Positions 53,382-64,000 of a stretch of 64,000 bases of DNA are shown piece after piece; the first letter of the stretch is position 1; each line of letters begins with the position of its first letter. Where the stretch lies: positions 4,898,001 to 4,962,000 of the forward strand of contig NC_042999.1 of NCBI RefSeq assembly GCF_006345805.1, in the 5' to 3' direction. This DNA is from Octopus sinensis (Eukaryota). A model generated the notes under the pieces. The model was not told the origin of the DNA, searched no databases, and was given only the letters and a program-made list of their open reading frames with translations. Both the position numbers and the translations under genes were made by a program.

Positions 53382-53400
53382 GTGGGCTTCTTTCAGTTTC
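53023..53400. repeat. Imperfect (TA)n microsatellite, ~380 bp, inside a SINE
   Basis: Directly visible; the mirror tract at ~8990-9058 is only ~70 bp. Confidence 0.95.
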
Positions 53401-53953
53401 CGTCTACCAAATCCACTCACAAGGCTTTGGTCGGCCCAAGGCTATAGTAAAAGACACTTGTCCAAGGTGCCACGCAGTGGGACTGAACCTGGAACCATGT
53501 GGTTGGTAAGTAAGCCACTTACCACACAGCCGCTCCTGCGCCTCCGTACCATAAACATTTATTTTCAATGTTTATAAAAGTATTTAAAAATCTAGTGAAT
53601 ATTTGACAGAATGTCAGAGACAATGATTTAAAATAAATCAAAGTATTGATTTTTAGCAGATTTTTTATCTATTTAAATAGATATTTAAATTTTCTTTCTA
53701 ATTAAACATGAAGTAGGCTTAATAAATTGGAATTTTTAAGTTGGTATCCTCTGAGAATTTTTATGTAATTAAGCAGTTCACCTTAACGAATGAACTTGTT
53801 AATTTAGGATGACAGGATTTCAAAGAAAAATTATTTCCTAAATTGATTCATATTTCATCCCTTTCTAAATTATTGGGTAACTTCATTCGAAGTCACTATT
53901 CACTTCACTCATTACATCATTTATTAATTTTAAGAGAGACATTTACTTGAACT

Positions 53954-53992
<39 letters not shown>

Positions 53993-56287
53993 CGACTGGC
54001 AAATGTTTGTTGACACAAATGAAATAACTTAATTTCTGAAATAAATTGAATCTCAGTATCACTTGCTATCCATTTAATCTTTCCAGCACTCAGTAAAAAT
54101 AACATTTTCATGGAAATTTCAGATGTTATGTTAATACTCATAGCATTTCTTTCAGCAATTTCACTTTCTTTTAATAATAGCCCAGTGAGATCTTTTATCT
54201 TTTACTTGTTTCAGTCAAGTCTGGCCATGAAGAATTTTCCAGTCAAATGAATTGGACCCACCACTTATTTTGTTTTAGAGCCTAGTACTTATTCTATTGT
54301 TCTCTTTTGCTGAACCACTAAGTTACAGGGACATAAACACACCAACATCAGTTGTCAATTGGTAGTGGCGACAAAAACACACACAAACACAATATATCTG
54401 GTACGTACACACATATATATATAGTTATGTGTTTGTGTCTGTCTGTCCTCCACTCACTACTTGATAACCAGTGTTGGTTTGTTTATATCCCCATAACTTA
54501 GTGATTCAGAAAAAAGGTTCATAGAATAAGTACTAGGCTTATCATGTGTGCGTGCGTGTCTGTTTGTCCCCCACCCCTGCATGACAACTGGTATTGGGGT
54601 GTTTACGCATCCCAGAACTTAACAGTTCGGCAAAAGAGACTGATAGAATAAATACCAAGTTTTTAAAAAATAGGTACCAGGGTCAATTCACTTAACTAAA
54701 ATTCTTTAAGGTGGTTGCCCCAGCATGGCCACAGTTGTAATGACTGAAACAAGGGAAAGATATAAAATGACTGAGTTACTTTTTGAAAATATGTCTTCAC
54801 ATAGAGCAAATGAATCATCATTTAACGTCTGTATTCCATGCTGGCATGGGTTAGACAGTTTGACAGGATCCAGTGTGTCCAAGGACTGTATCATTCATTT
54901 TTTACTTGTTTTAGTCACTAGACACACTGTCATTAATATATACATACATATATATATATATATATATATTTAGCAAAGAAATAACCTAAAAGATAGTGGT
55001 TTTAGCAAAGAAATAACCTATACACCTGTCACTAGCCCAAAGATCATCTGGTTCACACCTCCCTACTCACCCGAGGTGACCTTCAATATAGGCAAATATT
55101 TCTTAGCACTGATAGATAGACATTTTCCAGTCAACCATACTTACAGGAAGCTCTTCAGTAAACACAACTTTAAACCACCATCTTTTAGGTTATTTCTTCA
55201 CTAAAACCTGTATGCGGGTATGTATGTAAAACGGTCTTTTTCCATAGCTTTTTGCCGATGGCCGGATAACTGAAGAGATGGTGGTGTGGATTTCCACCTC
55301 AGCATCCGAAACTCAGAGTTTTATCTTGGCTACCGAATATTTGTCACATATTATATTATATGTGTGTGTGTGTGTGTGTACTTAAAAGTTTACAGATTTT
55401 TGATTGAATTTAGAGCCAGAACTGAAAGTTATGATGTTTTGTATACAAATACATCTATGTGAGCAATGTGATTGAAGTTAGAAAAATAGGTATTGGGTGT
55501 AGATGCACATTTCAGAAGTTATTGCTCCTTCTTCAGTGTTTAATATATAAATTGTTCTATCCAATAGTGTTATACCGCTAAACTTGGTGGGTATTTTAGC
55601 AATGTATTCATGGATAGTTAATGGGTTGCATGTGGTGCTGACGAGGGAACAATAACTCTTGAAACATGCATGTCTGCCCTTAACCCATTTTTCTGTCTTT
55701 GATCACATTGTTTACATAGATGTCTTCATATATAAAATGTTGTAACTTTCAATGCTGGCTCTGGGTTGTATACAAAATCTGGAGAGAGAAAATTAAAAAT
55801 GAAAACAATGCACTGCTAACACAAAAGCAGGACATAATATTGACTTATAAACCCTTAATGTATTTGCTAGCATCCAATAGTTGCAAAACAAAACACTGTG
55901 TCCTTACTAGCAATAAACACACAAACACACACACACACACATATATATATACATATATATACAGGGTTGGCCAAAAGTTACCTGACAGTAAACTAAAAGC
56001 ATTTAATTCCAAGATTAAAACAAAAAAAATATTTTATATGAGACTAAGAAATAGACAAATGTTGGAGGAAAAGAAAAAACAGTGATTTTAACTCACAGCA
56101 TTCATAATTGGAATGAATAAATAAGATTGAATATTAACTCTTCTGATACCAACCTGGCTGAAACTGGCTCTGGCTCTGTAGTACAGATGTCTTGTTTTCA
56201 TAAGTTCTGAATTAAAATCTTCCACCAAACCTTAGTCACAATTTATGTTCCTAGCACTAGCTGAATGATAACTAAATTATTTGTTAT

Positions 56288-56819
56288 CATCATCATCGTT
56301 TAGCATCCGCTTTCCATGCTAGCATGGGTTGGATGGTTCAACTGGGGTCTGGGAAACCAGAAGGCTGCACCAGGCCCAGTTTGATCTGGCAATGTTTCTA
56401 CGGCTGGATGCCCTTCCTAACACCAACCACTTCGTGAGTGTAGTGGGTGCTTTTTACGTGCCACCGGCGCAGGTGCCAGACGAGTCTGGCAAACGGCCAT
56501 GATCGGATGGTGCTTTTTATGTGCCACCAGCACGGGGGCCAGGCGAGGCTGGCAATGGCCACGAACGGATGGTGCTTTTTACGTGCCACCGGCACAAGGA
56601 CAGTCAGGGCGGCGCTGGCAACGGCCACGAACGGATGGTGCTTTTTACGTGCCAGTCGGGGCGGCGCTGGCAATGGCCACGTTCGGATGGTTCTCTTACG
56701 TGCCACCGGCACTGGTAACTCAGCTGCAATTTCCATTGATCGATTTCGATTCTGATTCTCACTTGCCTCAACAGGTCTTCACAAGTAGAGTTTTGTGTCC
56801 CAAGAAGGGAAGGTATGCA
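56288..56819 (-). mobile_element. RTE 3'-end retro-insertion, right arm only
   Basis: 7-bp TSD TTGTTAT (56281-56287 and 56820-56826); the left arm has the single empty site (~6088). Confidence 0.88.
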
Positions 56820-57528
56820 TTGTTATATTTATAATTAATTAAAAGAAACACAGAGAATCTCAACAGGGTTAAGTATTCATGGAATTTTGATTTACTGTCT
56901 GGTTACTTTTGGCCAACCCTGTATTTATTTTTATTTATATATATATATATATATAACTCCAAGAAAGTTAGAGGCTGTGAATCCAACCCACTAAGGGATA
57001 ATATCTATCCAATATACTGCTGGTAGAATACCCAGTTATTAATACACAAGTGTTTTTTATTGCATTGCAATTACATTACCGAGTGTACTAAATGGGTGAA
57101 GATAAAGAGATATTTTACCATTAATTTATAAAGCAATAAGAAAATGGAGGGGATCAATAGGTGGTTCATCAACTTTTAGACATTATATTATGTCAATTTA
57201 TTTATTTATTTACTAAACTGATAATTACAATAATATACATACATATAACATTATGCTTTACATATATATATATACTCTTTATCTTATATTAAACTTTTTA
57301 ATACTTTTTGATAATTATATTTATTAAAAAAAAATAAAATTAAAAAAATAATAATAATAAAAATAATATATATATATATATATAAGTATAAATCAATAAT
57401 TTAAATAATTTTTAAAACTTTAACTTTAAATAATTTAAATTTTGAACATTATATTAATTATTTTTATTTCTGTGTATTGGTTTATGTTTTTCACTGTTTG
57501 ATTTGCCTAATAGTGGTTTTATCTCTAA

Positions 57529-57915
57529 CTAGCAGTATCGCCTGGCGTTGCTCGGGTTTGTAAGGGAAATAACTATAAAGCACTTTTAGAGAGTTATAGC
57601 CAAAAAATAGCAAAAAAAATTGGGAAAAAAATTATGGTAAATTTTTTTTTGATAGTTAAAAAGGCCGAGTTGCGTCCCCTACACCATCTGCGGTTTGCGT
57701 TTCTGATTGTCGACCCCATGTCGAATTTATCGATCTTTTTCTGAACTGGGGGAACTTTTCAAAATTTTCGCTGCGTTAGTTTTGAATTATGACATTGGGC
57801 TATGTGTGTGTCAAGTTTCATCAGAATCGGTTGAAAGCCGTGGTCAGAGTGAGGGTACAAACAAACAGACACACAGAAACACGCACAGACAAACTGCCGT
57901 TTATATAGAGAGAGA
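57529..57915 (-). mobile_element. Non-autonomous Helitron, right arm only
   Basis: Minus strand A|TCTCTC...GCTAG|T, i.e. TC/CTAG ends in an AT target with no TSD; absent at left ~5410. Confidence 0.75.
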
Positions 57916-60900
57916 TTTAAAATATATATATATCTATATATATATATAATGGATTTTCCTGTTGAAGATGACTTATGAGTGTAGTGTTCAGCTGTGTGCT
58001 GAATGACCTGCACCAAAGGGTTTGTTTATTGTGGTCAAATGTATGAGCTGTCCATCAGCTCACTCCCTACATCAAATCAATTTAGCCTGAACAGGTGCAT
58101 GGTGTACCACGCACCAGGTGTTGAAGTGATCACAGAGCAGAGTGAGACGAAGTGAACACAACCCACCGCCTGGTCTAGGAACTGAAACCATGATCTTGAG
58201 ATTGTGAGCACAACACTCTAACCACTAGGCACCCATGCACCTTTACATATATGTGTGTGTGTGTGTGTGTTACTGCTGGTAGGGACACAGTATTTTGTTT
58301 TGCAACCATAATATACAACCAAATATATTAAAGGTTTATCAGTCAATACTGTAATTTACAGAGAGAGAGAGAGAGAGGTAATGGTGTCAGTAAGACCCAA
58401 AGGGGTCAGGTAATGCTGAGTAAGGGCTATGGACAGACCATAGTTAGGCTCCAGGTTTGGTCATTGTGCGAATAAGGAGTCCAACGTAGGTCATATATCA
58501 GCATGTGTGTATATAAAAATCGTTTTTTTCAGAATGAGATAAAAAACCAAGGCTGTGAAGATTTTAGAACATTTATAAATAGGATAGATACACACATATA
58601 TATTCATGGTCAGATCAATAAGTATTCAGACTGTTGCCATAGTAACGAAGCTAAAGCACCGCAGAATGAAGCCGTTTGGCACAGATTGACCTTCGACTCT
58701 GCTGGTGCATGTGCACTAACTTTTAACATTCTAGCTCACTTCTGCTGTTTACAGCAGTGCTTGGAAGGAAGGTGTGTAGCGTGGGATCATTGAATTGACC
58801 ATGACAGAAAGTTGAGCAGAGAATCTGCATCAAATTCTGACAAAAGCTTGACAATATCTGCTCAGAGGTCTGTGCAAAGTTTTCAAAAAGTTTTCCTCAT
58901 TCTTGACACAATCGAGATCTTGTCCAACTGAAACCCGAGTGTCTTTTTGGTCAGCTGAAAGCAGTTTTGGCACAAACTTTGCAAACACATGTCTCATACC
59001 TAAATCTTGATTGATAATGAACTGAACTGAACCGTCACTAATCTGCACATCCTCTGATGACTCATGGATGGTGATTCAACAATTTCCCCTCACAACTGCA
59101 TTCACATCTGTGATGTTTTTCTCTGTTCTGCTGGTTGTGGGTCTCCCAGAATGTTCATCAATATTGACATTTTTTCGGCCTTCTTGGAAATGTCCAAACC
59201 ACTCGTACACTTGTGTGCAACTTTGTACAGACCTCTGAGCACGTATCGCCATGACAACTTTCTCTGTCATGGTCAATGCAACGATCAAACGCTACACACC
59301 TTCCTTCAAAGCACTGCTGTAAACAGAAGAAATGAGCTAGAACATTAAAACTTAGTGTGCGCATGCACAACAGAGTGCAAGGTCAATCTTTGCCAAGCAG
59401 ATCCACTCTGTGTGCTTTAGCTTTGTTTCCATGGCAACAGTCTGGATACTTATTGATCAGACCTCGTATTTATCTTTGTATGTGGATATGATGTGTATGT
59501 TTACCTATATATATATAAAATATACTACAAATATAGGATCTCTTCAGATTAAAATCTCACAGATTAAAAATTTTTTTAACTAAACAGTTTTAAGCTTTGT
59601 ATGCTGGTTTGATTTCTCACACTGAACATGGTTTGCTTTCAACATTTGTGACAAAATTTCACATTGTAGAAGTTATTTCGTGTTAAAGTTGTCTTATTTG
59701 GGTTATTTTAACCAATCAACAACTGAAGAAAACCTCTGCTGTTTGTGACTGTAATCAAAGAACAACAACTTTTGAGTCGTCTCTACTAAATGTCACCAAC
59801 TCTGTTCTATTTTATTCTTGTTTATTGTTTGTGTTGCATATTACAGGCCTTTTTTTTTTTTGCTTTTTGATTTTGTCCAACCCATGGAAAGCGGACGTTA
59901 AACAATGATGATGATGATTGCCTCTTTCTATGTGTGGTGAAAATGTAAATGTACAAAGAGGCGATTGAAAAGCAAACAAAACGTGTAGTATGCAACACAG
60001 GCAGTAAACAAAAATAAAATGCAACAGATGGTGAAAATAATCGCAAAATTAACTGGCAAATGTACAAGGAGGCGATCGCAAAAAAACACAAAGGGTGTGA
60101 TATGCAACACAGGCAGGAAACAAGTGGTGACATTTAGTAGAGATGACCTGCAAGGTGTTGTTCTTTGATTACTATTGCAAACAGCAGTAGTTTTCTTCAG
60201 CTGAATACATGTCGTTGATTGGTTAAAATTACCCAAATATGACAACTTCTAAAATATGAAATTTTGTCAAAAATGTTGAAAGTAAACCGTGTTCAGCATG
60301 AGAAATTACACCAGTATACAAAGTTTCAAACCGTTTAGTTAAAAAAAAAAAAAATCGATCACTCCAAGTATAGAGTTTGTACACAGTGTTATTGAATTGA
60401 GGATTTTATTTAAATAAAACCCTCAATTCAATAACATTGTATACAAACTCTTATACTTGGAATGACCAATTTTAAATACTATTGGAACTTACAAGGTATT
60501 GGAATCTTATATGTATACCATTCTGCCTAAAAAATGGATTTACAGGTGTGAGTGAAACTAAAGAGATCCTAAATATAATTTTTTCTTTGTTGTTTCAGCT
60601 CAGAGCTGTGGCCATGCTGGAGCACCACCGTTTTATTACACTGTTATTACTGAGAGCTTTCTCTAATATTTGGCATTTGGTGAAGAATGGAGTTTGATGT
60701 AGATAGCCTCATTTGCACCTCTTGCCGTGAGGTAGGTTCATCTGGGACTCTCGACAGGAAGAGGTCCAGCTTTGATTTTAAAATGCCTACATCTGCTTTG
60801 TGCAGGTTCCTCAGACTCTTTGGGAGAATATTAAAAAGCTGTGGGTCCCTGAAACCCAGGCTGTTGCAGTAACTGGTCCTGAAGCGCGATGGCATTGCTG

Positions 60901-63006
60901 GGATCTTTGGCACCGTGCAGTGTCAACCTGTTCTGGCATTGGTGTAACTTTCAATACCAAAATTTGGCACAAATCCTTCCAGATGTATATTACTGCATAC
61001 CTCTCCTACCTTTGCTCCGAAGAGTAGAGTCTTAGCTGTTTCAGCCTTTCCTAGTAGCTGAGCTGTTGCAAAGAGACAATCTTTTTTGTGAAGCTTCACT
61101 GGATTGCTTCAAGGTCCGCTGTTAACTTTACATTGTTAGGTGACCATAGGTGGGAGAAATAATCCAGGTGGCTGATGACGAATGTCCTCCAGAGGACCAT
61201 CATGGTTTCCTTATTTCTGGTTCTGAATGTAATATAAGATAAGATAATATAACCAATTTTCACAAATTTAACCAGATAAAGCCAATAATTTGTTTTGACT
61301 TATATACATTATTTGATTTATAAACAATTCATATCTATGTATACATGTTTCTTCAGACCCTTGGTTCCAAAAGACAGACGAAATTCCATGTAAAAGGACT
61401 GCTAAATTGTAAAATAATACTGATTCAAAATACCTATGTTTAGGGGCGTGAGTGTTAACAATTCTAAACATAAATACAACAAAAAAACAAAATTCAAATG
61501 GATAAATTAATTCTTTCATTCATTTACTTGTTTCAGTCATTTGACTGTGACCATGCTGGAGCACCGCCTTTAGTCAAGCAAATCAACCCCAGAGCTTATT
61601 CTTTGTAAGCTTAGTACTTATTCTATTGGTCTCTTTTGCCAAATTGCTAAGTTACGGGGACATAAACATACCATCGGTTGTTAAGCAATGTTGGGGAGAC
61701 AAACACAGACACAAACATATACACACTCACACATATATATACACATATACAACTGGCTTCTTCCAGATTCCATCTACCAAATCCACTCACAAGGCTTTGG
61801 TAGACCCGATGCCATAGTAGAAGACACCTGCCCGAGGTGCCATACAGTGGGGCTATGACCATGTGGTTGGTAAGCAAGCTACTTACCACACAGCCACTCC
61901 TGCATCTAACTGAGTAAAGAAAATTTATAACAGTCAAAAATGTTATAGATCTCCAATAAATGTATTTAAATCGAAAGGCATCACAGCCATTTTAATGATA
62001 TATAATAATAATATGTAAACATATTAGCAAATAAAGTATCAATGTTTTACTTAGTTTTATTGATGGATTAATCGTGTAGATCCATCATCATCATTGTTTA
62101 ATGTCCGCTTTCCATGCTAGCATGAGTTGGATGAATTGACTGAGGACTGGCGAACCAGATGGCTGCACCTGGCTCCTATCTGATCTGGTAGATGGATGCC
62201 CTTCCTAACGCCAACCACTCCGAGAATGTAGTGGGTGCTTTTACATGCCACTGGCACAAGGGCCAGTCAGGTGGTACTGGCAATGGCCATGCTCAAATGG
62301 TGTTTTTTTATGTGCCACCTGCACAGGAGCCAGTCCAGCGGCACATTATCTAGGATGCAGTGTTTTTTTTTTTATTCATTTATTTTCCAAATTTGAATGT
62401 GATGCAGTCACAGCCCTGTTGTTAAGAAGTTTGGTCCACAATCACAAAGTTCTGGGTTTAGTCTCATCAGTTGGTACATTGGACAAATACTTTTTTCAGG
62501 AAACCTTGGGTCAGTCCCTTGTGAGTCTACTTCGGTGGGTGGAAACTGTGTAGAGCCAATCAAATAATGTATTTTAATTACTATATTACAATGGGTGTAG
62601 TTAAGGCAGTGAGCTAGCAGAAATGTTAGCACACCGGACGAAATGCGTAACCGTATTTCGTCTGCCGTTATGTTGTGAGTTCAAATTCCGCCAAGGTCGA
62701 CTTTGCCTTTCATCCTTTCGGGGTTGATTAAATAAGTACCAGTTACGCACTGGGGTCAATATAATCGACTTTATCCGTTTGTCTGTCCTTGTTTGTCCTC
62801 TCTGTGTTTAACCCCTTGTGGGTAGTAAAGAAATAGGTATTTCATCTGCCTTTACGTTCTGAGTTCAAATTCCGCCGAGGTTGACTTTGCCTTTCATCCT
62901 TTCGGGGTTGATTAAATAAGTACCAGTTACGCACTGGGGTCGATGTAATCGACTTAATCCGTTTGTCCTCTCTGGGTTTAACCCCTTGTGGGTAGTAAAA
63001 GAAATG

Positions 63007-63843
63007 GGTTATAAAGGAAGATAGATAAAAGTAAATAAAGCCGCGGCTGAAGGAGGCGCGTCGGTAAGAGAGAAGGTGAGTGTTAGAGAATTACGATTAG
63101 TAAAGGTGGAAGCTAGTTTGTGCAGTAAAAATTATGACGATTTCATGGAGTTGGAGAAAGTTTCGTAGCATTTGCGATAACATTCAAAAATTATGTCAGA
63201 GAATCGATTTAGCTTAGAGGTCTTGTGGCGAAATATAGTGAGCGGTACGTGGCAACATACTGGACAAACGCACCAATCTGCTGTCCGAGGAATTCCGCTG
63301 CAAACTATGGAACGGGACAGATTATAGAGTATGTCCTTATAGGGTATGTGGATTGCGATGGATGTAGAAAACGAGGTAAATTTTCAGATTAACAGGTGTG
63401 CACGTTAGCGTTGCTTAAAATGAATCGTGGTTCCGATGTAAAACCTGTAATGACGTGGGCATATGGTTGTAACTATACATTTAAGCACATTATGGTACAA
63501 GCAATTCGTTCAATGGACACTTTTGGAGCATCGCTATCTGCCGAATCAAATTTAAGCTAATCTAGACTTAACTCTTTGTTTTTTTAGACTTTTAAGCTCC
63601 TCTAGAGTGAATGAATTCCCATCTCTTGGATAATTTCAGCGTTCGACTTTGAGCCCTACAATTTCTAATTTGTACTTAAAAAAAGACTTCTTCCAGGGGA
63701 GACTAATCTTTATAAACTACTTGTCCGGGTTATCTCCCTTGCTCATTCTTTTTTTTTCTTTGCTTAATTCGATAATTTTTTATTTAATTCTAAGCAGAAG
63801 TTTTCAACAGGTAGGTTGTATAGGTAAGATCTAGGTTACAGGG
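63007..63843 (-). repeat. Inverted copy of 28785-29924 (segment B)
   Basis: For example 63130-63320 is the reverse complement of ~29560-29750, and 63790-63843 of 28785-28837. SINEs at ~28855-29085 and ~29770-29905 are present only in the left copy. Confidence 0.9.
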
Positions 63844-64000
63844 TATTTACGTACAAATATTGCCACCAAACCCAGCTGTATGAAACTCAAAATAACTGTA
63901 GTTGATTCTGGAACAATGAAACTTAAAATACCTTGAGGTATCGGGTCCACACACACACACGCACACACATAGGTAATCGTTCCGTAAGTCAGGGATGATA

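Larger units (their letters stand above)
32578..61175. repeat. Right arm of large inverted segmental duplication
   Basis: Reverse complement of 2015-28787. Inner end at AGGAGGTCAACC (32578). Outer homology ends inside a CR1-type LINE remnant near 61175. Confidence 0.95.

Noticed and set aside
52985-53420. YIYI-repeat ORFs
   Set aside because: Translations of a (TA)n microsatellite.
2015-61175. Arms as two alleles mis-scaffolded
   Set aside because: 7-9% exon divergence, many TSD-flanked arm-specific insertions and the permuted junction are hard to explain as allelic. Read-depth confirmation is still needed.

Overview
AT-rich, SINE- and microsatellite-dense eukaryotic DNA; the repeat families look octopod-cephalopod-like (inference). 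Almost the whole window is one large inverted duplication: left arm ~2015-28787 and right arm 32578-~61175, around a ~3.8 kb spacer. Each arm carries an intact five-coding-exon GMEB-like SAND (KDWK) transcription-factor gene (left on -, 393 aa; right on +, 390 aa), arranged head-to-head, with a duplicated CpG/ACGT-rich candidate promoter at each inner end. The most unusual signal is that the right-hand copy is circularly permuted. The DNA that follows the left arm (28785-29924) reappears inverted beyond the far end of the right arm (63007-63843), and both copy junctions map to the same 3-bp CCT at 28785-28787. This is the pattern expected from duplication through a circular DNA intermediate. 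Arm identity is patchy: near-identical over exon 2 and the 3' UTR, but about 7-9% diverged over the exons encoding the C-terminal helical region. Several arm-specific transposon insertions and deletions are visible. Identities and alignments were read by eye, and repeat boundaries are approximate.
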